Positions 35,094 to 43,194 of a stretch of DNA of 64,000 bases are shown here, in pieces. Location of the stretch: positions 2,144,001-2,208,000 of the forward strand of contig OY970399.1 in NCBI GenBank assembly GCA_963720545.1, in the 5' to 3' direction. Position numbers and translations under genes: made by a program. Each line of letters opens with the position of its first letter. The stretch's first letter is position 1. Origin of the DNA: an uncultured Acidobacteriota bacterium. Lineage in GTDB: Bacteria; Acidobacteriota; Vicinamibacteria; Fen-336. The notes under the pieces were generated by a model. It was given only the letters and a program-made list of their open reading frames with translations. It was not told where the DNA came from and did not search any database.

Positions 35094-37859
35094 ATGACGA
35101 TGCGCGGTGTCACGACCGTATTCGTTTGTTCGCTTGGCCTGCTCGGCGCCGCGGCTGACAGCGACGCGCCCGAAACGGCGTCGACCGAAGCCATCGCCCG
35201 CTTCACCACCGAGCCGCGCTACCTTTCGCCCTGGGTCGCGACCGTCCCGGAATCGGCACAGGTGCCTTCGCCCCTCGACTTCTTCGGCCACGTCTCCGGC
35301 GCCGCCGGCGAGCTCACCTATTCGGACCGTGCCTATGCGTACTATCGCGCGCTCGCCAAGGCGTCGCCGCGGGTGCACGTCGAGACGATCGGCAAGACCG
35401 AAGAGGGCCGCGAGATCGTGCTGGTGGCGATCGCCGATGAAGACGGCATCCGCGACCTCGAGCGGCTGAAGGCGGCAACCGCGGCGCTTGCCGACCCGCG
35501 CAAAACCGACGAAGCCGCGGCGACGGCGCTCATCGACGCGGCGCGTCCCATCTATTACTTCAACGCCGCGATCCACGCCGACGAGACCGGCAGCGTCGAG
35601 ATGCTGCCCGAACTCGCCTACCGGCTGGCGGTGTCGGAAGTGCCGATGATCCAGGCGATCCGCAGGAACGTGGTGGTGTTGCTGAACCCCGTGTCGAACC
35701 CCGACGGCCGCGACAAGGTCGCCGACTGGTTCTACGCGTACCTCAAGGGCCGCACCGACTTCGACACCCTGCCGCGCCAGTCGCCGCCCTACTGGTCGCG
35801 CTACGCGTACGTCGACCTCAACCGCGACACGCACCAGCAGACGCATGCCGCGACCCAGGCAGTGCACCGCATGTTCCACGCGTACCACCCGACCGTGGTG
35901 CACGACCTGCACGAAGCGATCGCACTCCTGCAGACGTGGAACGGCACCGGTCCCTACAACCCCAACCTCGACCCGATCGCAACCACCGCGTGGCTCACCA
36001 TGAGCTTCCACGAGGTGCAGACGCTGACCGCGATGGGCATGCCGGGCGTGTGGACCTGGGACTTCGGCGAAGGCTTCGGCCAGCACTTTCTCGATTCGGT
36101 GGCGATGAACCACAACAGCCTCGGCCGCGGCTACGAGACTTTCGGCAACACCACCGCGGAAACCGCCGACCGCGTGCTCGGCCGCGGCGACGTCAGCCGC
36201 GAATGGTACCGGCCGGTGCCGCCGCCGACGCGCTTTCGCTGGTCGATGCGCGACAACGTCAACTACCAGCAGACGGCCGCGCTGGCGGCGCTCGACTTCA
36301 CCGCGCGCAACGCGAAGCCGATGCTGTGGGACTTCTACCGCAAGGGCGTGAACTCGTACCGCAAGGGCGTGGACGGTCCGCCGTTCGCCTACGTCATCCC
36401 TGCCGACCAGGGCGACCCGCACCGTGTCGCGGCGATGGTCGCACGGCTGATGGCGCAGCGCATCGAGGTGTCGCGCGCGAACGTCGCGCTCGCGGTGAAG
36501 GAAGGCTCTTTCCCCGCGGGCAGCTTCGTCGTCAAGCTCGACCAGCCGTATCGCAACTATGCCGTCGACCTGCTCTCGCCGCAGGTCTACCCGGAAGACT
36601 CGAAGGTCGAGCCGTACGACGACATCTCCTGGGCACTGCCGGTTCACGATCACCTGCAGGCGGTGGCGATCGCAGATCCTGCGGTGAAGACCGCGGCCGC
36701 AACGCTCCTCACTGAACCCCCGCAGGCGCACGGCCGCGTCTCGGGCGACGGCTCGGTCTTGCTCGTCAAGGACACGGGACAGGAGTCGCTGTTCGCCGCG
36801 CGCTACCAGCTGAAGGCGTTTCGTGTCGAGATCGCGGAGCAGCCGTTCGATGCGGGCGGCGTTTCGTATCCGCGCGGCTCCTGGATACTGCCGGCTCAGG
36901 CCGGGCTGGCGAAGGCAGTGGCCGCGACCAGCGACAAGTGGGGCATCGATTTTCAGGGTGCCGCCTCCGCCCCCGACGTCCGGCGCCACGATGCGCCGGC
37001 GCCGCGGCTCGGCGTGTTCGTGCCCTGGGCCGATACAGACGCCAGCGGCTGGGTGCGCTACGCGCTCGACCAGCGTGCGATTCCCTACACCTACATCCGC
37101 GACGAGGACGTGCGCGCCGGCGGGCTGCGCACCCGCTTCGACGTCATCCTCTACGGCCACGTGGACCTCGAGCTCGCCGCCCAGATCAGCGGCCTGCCCT
37201 CGGCCTGGGGCCCGATGCCGTTCAAGAAGACGGCGAAGACGCCGCACCTCGGTACCCCCGCCGAATCGGACGACATCACCGGCGGCATCGGCTACCGCGG
37301 TCTCGCCGAGCTGCAGTCGTTCGCCGAAGCCGGCGGCGTATTGATAACGATGGGCAGCGGCTCGACCCTGGCGCTCGAAGGCGGCCTGATCCGCGGCGTG
37401 CGGCGCTCCGCCGGCCTGGCGGTGCCGCGCGTCGGCGAAGGCGGCGAGCTGCGCGGCATCTGGACGCCGGGCTCGCACGTGCGCGCGAGTTTCGTGAAGA
37501 AGGACGACCCGATCGGCTACGGTTACGCCGAGAACACCTATGTGTTCCGCGCCAACTTTCCGGCGTACGACCCGCCCAGGCACTGGCTGCGCATGTCGTA
37601 CTGCACCTCGTGCCTCGACGGCCCGGTGGACCGCTCGGCGATCGTCATGCAGTGGGGTGCGAGCGACGGGTCGCCCTTCCTGGTGAGCGGCGGCGCGCGC
37701 GGCGAAAGCGGCCTCGTCGGCCGCCCGGCGATCTTCGACGTGCCCACCGGCAAGGGCCGCATCGTCGCCTTCAACTTCAACCCGCTGCACCGCGACCTGA
37801 ACCACGGCGACCACCGCCTGGTGTGGAACGCGGTGCTCAACTGGAAGCGGGCGGAATAG
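35094..37859 (+). CDS. Secreted M14 family zinc carboxypeptidase with C-terminal GATase-like domain
   Basis: GGAGG SD; signal peptide; G.TEEGR, IHADE (HxxE), NPDG, DLNRD, HDLHE. Confidence 0.88.
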   Translation: MTMRGVTTVFVCSLGLLGAAADSDAPETASTEAIARFTTEPRYLSPWVATVPESAQVPSPLDFFGHVSGAAGELTYSDRAYAYYRALAKASPRVHVETIGKTEEGREIVLVAIADEDGIRDLERLKAATAALADPRKTDEAAATALIDAARPIYYFNAAIHADETGSVEMLPELAYRLAVSEVPMIQAIRRNVVVLLNPVSNPDGRDKVADWFYAYLKGRTDFDTLPRQSPPYWSRYAYVDLNRDTHQQTHAATQAVHRMFHAYHPTVVHDLHEAIALLQTWNGTGPYNPNLDPIATTAWLTMSFHEVQTLTAMGMPGVWTWDFGEGFGQHFLDSVAMNHNSLGRGYETFGNTTAETADRVLGRGDVSREWYRPVPPPTRFRWSMRDNVNYQQTAALAALDFTARNAKPMLWDFYRKGVNSYRKGVDGPPFAYVIPADQGDPHRVAAMVARLMAQRIEVSRANVALAVKEGSFPAGSFVVKLDQPYRNYAVDLLSPQVYPEDSKVEPYDDISWALPVHDHLQAVAIADPAVKTAAATLLTEPPQAHGRVSGDGSVLLVKDTGQESLFAARYQLKAFRVEIAEQPFDAGGVSYPRGSWILPAQAGLAKAVAATSDKWGIDFQGAASAPDVRRHDAPAPRLGVFVPWADTDASGWVRYALDQRAIPYTYIRDEDVRAGGLRTRFDVILYGHVDLELAAQISGLPSAWGPMPFKKTAKTPHLGTPAESDDITGGIGYRGLAELQSFAEAGGVLITMGSGSTLALEGGLIRGVRRSAGLAVPRVGEGGELRGIWTPGSHVRASFVKKDDPIGYGYAENTYVFRANFPAYDPPRHWLRMSYCTSCLDGPVDRSAIVMQWGASDGSPFLVSGGARGESGLVGRPAIFDVPTGKGRIVAFNFNPLHRDLNHGDHRLVWNAVLNWKRAE

Positions 37860-37862
37860 CCG

Positions 37863-38378
37863 CTACCAGATCGGGTATTTCTTCGCCTTGTGCTCGGCGC
37901 CGAGCGTGACGTAGTCGGCGGCGTTCTTCACCACCCGGTCGACTTCGGCGGGTGTCAGCGGACGTATGACGCGCCCGGGGACCCCCAGCACCAGCGAGCC
38001 GGCCGGCACCCTGGTGCCTTCGGGCACGACGGCACCGGCGCCGACCAGGCAGTGTTTGCCAATGACGCAGCCGCTCAGCACCGTGGCGCGCATCGCGATG
38101 AGCGTCTCGTCGTGCACTTCGGACGCGTGCACGATGGCGCCGTGTCCCATGGTGACGCGTTCGCCGAGCACCGCCGGCATGTCCCAGTCGGTGTGGATCA
38201 CGCAGCCGTCCTGCACGTTGCTCTCGGCGCCGATCTCGATCGGCTCCATGTCGCCGCGCAGCACCGCCGAGAACCAGACCGAGGCGCGCGGCCCGATGCG
38301 CACGTCGCCGACGATGCTGGAGGCCGGTGCGATGTACGCCGTTTCGTCGATGACGATGCCGTTCCTGGGGAGTGCCAC
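37863..38378 (-). CDS. Gamma carbonic anhydrase family hexapeptide-repeat protein
   Basis: GDV.IG..ASVW..AVLRGD, NVQDG..IH, GHGAIVH; GTG start inferred. Confidence 0.9.
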   Translation of the reverse strand: MALPRNGIVIDETAYIAPASSIVGDVRIGPRASVWFSAVLRGDMEPIEIGAESNVQDGCVIHTDWDMPAVLGERVTMGHGAIVHASEVHDETLIAMRATVLSGCVIGKHCLVGAGAVVPEGTRVPAGSLVLGVPGRVIRPLTPAEVDRVVKNAADYVTLGAEHKAKKYPIW

Positions 38379-38453
38379 GGCCTCGATTCTTGCACGGTGT
38401 CTCTCAGCCGCTGACACCCGGGCGGTACAATCCAGAGCCAGAGCGACAAGGCA

Positions 38454-39050
38454 ATGGGCGACACTCCCAAGGACGCGGCCGCCGTCACCGCGGACCTCGA
38501 GCGGATCCGCGCGGAGGTGCGCGAGCGCGCCCTGCACCAGCCCCCGCAGGGACGGCTGCCGGCGCCGCTTCCGGTCCGGCCGCCCGCTGTGCCGGCGCAA
38601 CCCGACGCCGAGCCGGTGGCAGTCGCGCTTCCCGTGCGGCCCGATCCCGCCGAAGTCAACACGCTGTGGCGGGCAGAGGCCGCGGGCGACACGCCCGGGC
38701 TGCTCCGCCGGTTCGTGAACCGCATGGTGGCGCCTGCGCGCGCCGCGCAGATCGCGTGGAACGCCCGCCAGGTGCAGTTCGACAACGAGTTGCTCGCCTA
38801 TGTCGACGGCCGCCTGCACGCGACACACCTGCAATACGACAGCGTCCTCGGCATCCACGCGAAGCACCTGCAGGAGATCGACGAGCGCCACCTCATCCTC
38901 CAGGAAGAGCTCGTCGCCCACGTCCACGATCTCGTCAAGCGCATCGACCTGGTGCTGAGCCTCTCCGAGCGCGAGACGCTCGGCATCGAGGCGTCGCTGC
39001 GCGAGCTGCGGGCGCGGCTTTCCGACCTCGAGCCGGCGCGCAAGCCCTAG
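38454..39050 (+). CDS. Hypothetical coiled-coil protein of a glycan locus
   Basis: Good codon pattern; TACAAT at 38426-38431 upstream; LLRRFVNR..QVQFDN followed by heptad-rich C-terminus. Confidence 0.7.
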   Translation: MGDTPKDAAAVTADLERIRAEVRERALHQPPQGRLPAPLPVRPPAVPAQPDAEPVAVALPVRPDPAEVNTLWRAEAAGDTPGLLRRFVNRMVAPARAAQIAWNARQVQFDNELLAYVDGRLHATHLQYDSVLGIHAKHLQEIDERHLILQEELVAHVHDLVKRIDLVLSLSERETLGIEASLRELRARLSDLEPARKP

Positions 39051-39056
39051 CCGCGC

Positions 39057-40109
39057 ATGCAGAGGATGAAGAGCGTCGTCATCTGCGCCGTGCAGGCGCC
39101 GTTCATCAAGGGCGGCGCCGAGATCCTGGTGCACGAGCTGCGCGACAACCTCGCGCGGCGCGGGTTCCGCGTCGACATCGCGAACGTGCCGTTCAAGTGG
39201 TACCCGGTGACCGAGATCGTGAAGCAGGCGCTCGCCTGGCGCCTGCTCGACCTCACCGAGAGCAACGGCACACCGGTCGACCTCGTCATCCCCACCAAGT
39301 TCCCGAGTTTCCTGGTGCGCCATCCGCGCAAGGTCGCCTGGCTCTTCCACCAGCACCGCGAGGTCTACGACCTGTACGGCACGGAGTACTGTTCCTTCGA
39401 CGGCTCGGCGGAGCACGATCAGGCGCGCGAGGCCATCCACACGATGGACCGCACGGCGCTCGCGGAGTGCCGGCGCATCTTCACCATCTCGAAGAACGTC
39501 GCGGCGCGGCTGGCGAAATTCAGCGCCCTCTCCGGCGAGGCGCTCTACCCGCCGCCGCAGCACCTCGGCCGGCACCGCACCGACGCGTACGAGCCCTTCC
39601 TCTTTTATGCGGGGCGGCTCGACCGCCTCAAGCGGCTCGACCTCGCGATCGATGCGGTGGCGCGCTCGCGCGCGGCGCGCCTCAAGATCGCGGGCAGCGG
39701 ACCGCTCGAATCCGAACTGCGAAAACGTGTCGAGCGCATGGGCGTCTCGGACCGCGTCGAGTTCCTCGGCTTCGTTTCGGACGACGACCTGGTGTCGCTC
39801 TACGCGCGCTGCCGCGGCGCCTGGTACGCGCCGGTGAACGAAGACTACGGTTACGTGACGGTCGAGTCGTTCCTCTCGCGCAAGCCGGTCATCACCACCA
39901 CCGACGCCGGCGGGCCGCTCGAGTTCGTGGTGGACGGCGAATCGGGACTGGTCGCCGAACCGAACGCGGAATCGCTGGGCGCCGCGATGGACCGGCTGTG
40001 GAATACGCCCGAAGCCACGCTTCGCGCCATGGGCGAAGCCGGCCATGCGCGCGTCCGCGACATCACCTGGGACCGCGTCATCGACCGCCTCACCGAGGGG
40101 CTCGCGTGA
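39057..40109 (+). CDS. GT4 glycosyltransferase
   Basis: PF..GGAE, GRL..LKR, EDYGYVTVESF. Confidence 0.92.
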   Translation: MQRMKSVVICAVQAPFIKGGAEILVHELRDNLARRGFRVDIANVPFKWYPVTEIVKQALAWRLLDLTESNGTPVDLVIPTKFPSFLVRHPRKVAWLFHQHREVYDLYGTEYCSFDGSAEHDQAREAIHTMDRTALAECRRIFTISKNVAARLAKFSALSGEALYPPPQHLGRHRTDAYEPFLFYAGRLDRLKRLDLAIDAVARSRAARLKIAGSGPLESELRKRVERMGVSDRVEFLGFVSDDDLVSLYARCRGAWYAPVNEDYGYVTVESFLSRKPVITTTDAGGPLEFVVDGESGLVAEPNAESLGAAMDRLWNTPEATLRAMGEAGHARVRDITWDRVIDRLTEGLA

Positions 40110-41458
40110 ATACGCCCGCCCCCAGGCGGCTGCGCCTGCGCGTCTGGAGTCCGTTGCCGCCGTCGCCCTCGGGCATCGCCGACTACACGCTCGAACAGAT
40201 CCAGGCGCTGCGCCGCCACGCCGAGATCACGGCTGTGGTCGAAAACCCGATGGCGGTGGAACCGGCGATCCGCGACGTGTTCCCGGTGGTCGAGCCGTCG
40301 CGCCTCCCCGCTGCCGACCTCGACCTTTACCATCTCGGCAACTCGCCCTCACACGCCTACGTCTATCGCGCGGCCATCGCCGCGCCCGGCGTTGCGGTCC
40401 TGCACGAGTGGAACCTGCACCACCTGGTGCTGTTCGAGACCGTGGAGCAGGGCAACCGCACCCGCTACCTGCGCGAGATGCGGCGCGCGTACGGGGAAAC
40501 CGGCACCTTCGTCGGCCGCCAGATGGCGCGCGCGCTGGGCGGCGACGTGCTCGCGTCGCGCTTTCCGTTGAACGAGCGGATCCTCGAGCGCAGCCTCGCG
40601 GTCGTCGGCCTCACCAGGCACATCACCGCCAAAGCCGCCGCCGCGATGCCGGGCCGGCCGGTGCTGCACGTGCCGCATCATCTCTCCTTGCCACTCGAGC
40701 CGTCGCACGCCGATGCGCGGCGCGCACTGGGCATCGCCGCGGACGAACTGGTGGTGACGGCCCCCGGGCTCGCCACGCGCGCGAAATGCCTGGAGCCGGC
40801 GCTTGCGGCGCTGTCGAAACTGGCCCCCGAGTTCCCGCGGCTGCGTTTCTTCGCGGCCGGCGAGGTCGACCGCGACTTTCCGCTTGCGAACCTCGTGGCC
40901 GGCTCGCCGCTCGCCGAGCGCAGCCGGATCGCGGGGCGTGTCAGCCTTGCCGACTTCGTGCGCCACCTGGCCGCCGCCGACGTGATCCTGAGCCTGCGCT
41001 ATCCGAGCTTTGGCGAGATGTCGGGCGCGCTGGTGCGCTCGCTCGGCCTCGGCCGGACGACGCTCGTCACCGCCGGCACGCCGGGCGCCGAGGAGTTTCC
41101 TCCCGGCATCGTGGTGCCCATCCGTCCCGGCCGTTCGCAAGCCGCGGAGATCGAAGCGGTGCTGCGCTACCTGCTGGCCGACCCCGCGGCACGCGCCGCG
41201 CTTGGCGCCGCCGCGCGGGAGTTCGTCCGCCGCGAGCACGATCTCGTCGCAACCACCGCGAAACTCGCGGCGTTCCTCGCCGCGGTGGACGCCCGCAAGG
41301 CGGAGCTGCGCGCCGGCATGAGCGAAGAGGACGAAGCGCACGCACCGCTGGCGCGCTTCTTCGACGACGAGATCCGCTGGGCGGCGCGCGACCTCAACCT
41401 GCGGGGCTACCCGCTCGGGATCGGCGCCCTGCTCGACGAGCTCAGCGCGGGCTCGTGA
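40106..41458 (+). CDS. GT4 glycosyltransferase (SPLPP..SGIADY type)
   Basis: GTGA overlap; SPLPPSPSGIADY, YHLGNSPSH, LRYPSFGEMSG. Confidence 0.85.
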   Translation: MNTPAPRRLRLRVWSPLPPSPSGIADYTLEQIQALRRHAEITAVVENPMAVEPAIRDVFPVVEPSRLPAADLDLYHLGNSPSHAYVYRAAIAAPGVAVLHEWNLHHLVLFETVEQGNRTRYLREMRRAYGETGTFVGRQMARALGGDVLASRFPLNERILERSLAVVGLTRHITAKAAAAMPGRPVLHVPHHLSLPLEPSHADARRALGIAADELVVTAPGLATRAKCLEPALAALSKLAPEFPRLRFFAAGEVDRDFPLANLVAGSPLAERSRIAGRVSLADFVRHLAAADVILSLRYPSFGEMSGALVRSLGLGRTTLVTAGTPGAEEFPPGIVVPIRPGRSQAAEIEAVLRYLLADPAARAALGAAAREFVRREHDLVATTAKLAAFLAAVDARKAELRAGMSEEDEAHAPLARFFDDEIRWAARDLNLRGYPLGIGALLDELSAGS

Positions 41459-42174
41459 TGCCGGGCGCCTCCGCCGAGCTCAGCGTCGTCATTCCCGCGT
41501 TCAACGAGGAACACCGCCTGCCACGCACCCTCGAGCGCATTGCCGCGTTCTGCGCAGCGCGCGGCATCGCGTGCGAGCTGCTGGTCGTCGACGACGGCTC
41601 GCAGGACAAGACCGCCGAGCTCGGACGCGCCGCGGGGGCACGCGTGCTTCGCAACGACGAGAACCGCGGCAAGGGCCATTCGGTGCGCCGCGGCATGCTG
41701 GAAGCAAGCGGACCGCTGCGGCTCATGACGGACGCCGACCTGTCGACGCCGATAGAGGACGTCGACAAGCTGCGCGCCGTGATCGCAGAAGGCGCCGACA
41801 TCGCCATCGGCTCGCGTGCCGCCGACAAGGCTGACGTCAAGGTGCGGCAAGGACTCTTTCGCGAGACCGCCGGCCGCTCTTTCAACTTCGTCGTGCAGGC
41901 GCTGCTGCTTCCGGGCCTGCACGACACACAGTGCGGCTTCAAGCTCTTCACCGCGCGCGCCGCGCAGGCGGCGTTCACTCCTGCAACCCACGACGGCTTC
42001 GCTTTCGACGTCGAGGTGCTGGTGGCGGCGCGGCGGCGCGGGCTGCGCATCGCCGAGGTCGGCGTGACCTGGCGCAACGACGAAGCCTCCCGCGTCGGCC
42101 TGGTCTCGGGAATGCGCGCCTTCACCGACCTCTTGACAATTCGCACCAACGCCCGCCACGGCAAGTACGATTGA
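41458..42174 (+). CDS. GT2 polyprenyl-phosphate glycosyltransferase (ALG5/DPM1-like)
   Basis: SVVIPAFNEE.RL, VDDGS.D, NRGKG.SV, DADLSTP, DTQCGFKLF, FDVE. Confidence 0.9.
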   Translation: MPGASAELSVVIPAFNEEHRLPRTLERIAAFCAARGIACELLVVDDGSQDKTAELGRAAGARVLRNDENRGKGHSVRRGMLEASGPLRLMTDADLSTPIEDVDKLRAVIAEGADIAIGSRAADKADVKVRQGLFRETAGRSFNFVVQALLLPGLHDTQCGFKLFTARAAQAAFTPATHDGFAFDVEVLVAARRRGLRIAEVGVTWRNDEASRVGLVSGMRAFTDLLTIRTNARHGKYD

Positions 42175-42184
42175 CCGGCCAGCC

Positions 42185-42577
42185 ATGAAACAGTCTCTGG
42201 GCCTCGTCTGTCTGGTGGTGCGCGACTACGACGAAGCACTCGCCTTCTACGTCGGCAAGCTCGGCTTCGAGCTGGTCGAGGATTCGTATGTGCCCGAGCA
42301 GGACAAGCGCTGGGTGGTGGTGTCGCCGCCCGGCGCCAGCGAATCGCGACTGCTGCTCGCGCAGGCCTCAACCGCGGCGCAGGCGTCGAGCATCGGCAAC
42401 CAGACCGGCGGCCGCGTGTTCCTGTTCCTGCACACCGACGACTTCCGCCGCGACTACGACGCCTATCGCACGGAAGGAATCGAGTTCATCCGCGAGCCGA
42501 AGGAAGAACTCTGGGGCACCGTCGCGGTCTTCAAGGACCTCTACGGCAACCAGTGGGACTTGATCCAGCCCAAATAG
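42185..42577 (+). CDS. VOC/glyoxalase family protein
   Basis: V.DYDEA..FY...LGF, QTGGRVFLF, VAVFKDLYGN.WDL. Confidence 0.92.
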   Translation: MKQSLGLVCLVVRDYDEALAFYVGKLGFELVEDSYVPEQDKRWVVVSPPGASESRLLLAQASTAAQASSIGNQTGGRVFLFLHTDDFRRDYDAYRTEGIEFIREPKEELWGTVAVFKDLYGNQWDLIQPK

Positions 42578-42579
42578 CG

Positions 42580-43194
42580 TCAGTCGATCAGCGGGTTTGC
42601 GACCGAGCCGAGAGGGTTGCGGCGGATGACTGCGGCGGCGCGCAGCTCCTTGACCCAGGCTTCGACGAGGACGGAGAGGCGGGCCGACTCCAGTTGTTCG
42701 CGCAGCTGCTGGGCGGCGTCTTCGAAGCCGGGGGCGTTGGGGTCGCCGCCGTATTGCTCCTCGTACGCGGTGCGCACCGCTTCGTCCTCGACGCGCACCT
42801 GCGGGCGGAAACGAAACTCGATGTACTTGAGGACCGCGAGCTGGCGGCGGGCCATGCGGCGCAGGCCCGCCTCGTCTACGGCGGCGGCGGCGCTGTCGAG
42901 GTTCCGCACCAGGCTCTGATACGCGACTTCCTCCTCTTCGCGGGTGGTCGCGGCCTGCGGAATGCGCGCCGCTTCGCGGGCCATCAGCCGTTCGTCGATC
43001 GTGGTCTCGACGGCGGCGCGCAGGTCCTGCTTCAGGAGCCGCGCCTGCAGCGTGACCTCGCTGAGCAGCACCGGCCGGTTGTCGAGCACCGCGAGCACGC
43101 GCTCGATGGTGTCGGCGCGTGTTGACGTCGCTGCGGCAGCGCCGATGAGGATACCGATCGCTGACACGAGCACACGGCGGAGGCTAGAACGCAT
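42580..43194 (-). CDS. SurA core-domain-like periplasmic chaperone without PPIase domain
   Basis: Signal peptide; IERVLAVLDNRPVLLSEV N-terminus and WVKELRAAAVIR C-terminus typical of the SurA core. Confidence 0.6.
   Translation of the reverse strand: MRSSLRRVLVSAIGILIGAAAATSTRADTIERVLAVLDNRPVLLSEVTLQARLLKQDLRAAVETTIDERLMAREAARIPQAATTREEEEVAYQSLVRNLDSAAAAVDEAGLRRMARRQLAVLKYIEFRFRPQVRVEDEAVRTAYEEQYGGDPNAPGFEDAAQQLREQLESARLSVLVEAWVKELRAAAVIRRNPLGSVANPLID

Noticed and set aside
32565..37814. 1749-aa minus-strand ORF and other very long Arg/Ala/Gly-rich ORFs (e.g. 46132-50070, 54083-55810 N-terminal part)
   Set aside because: Shadow frames of high-GC genes; they overlap well-supported genes and carry no family motifs
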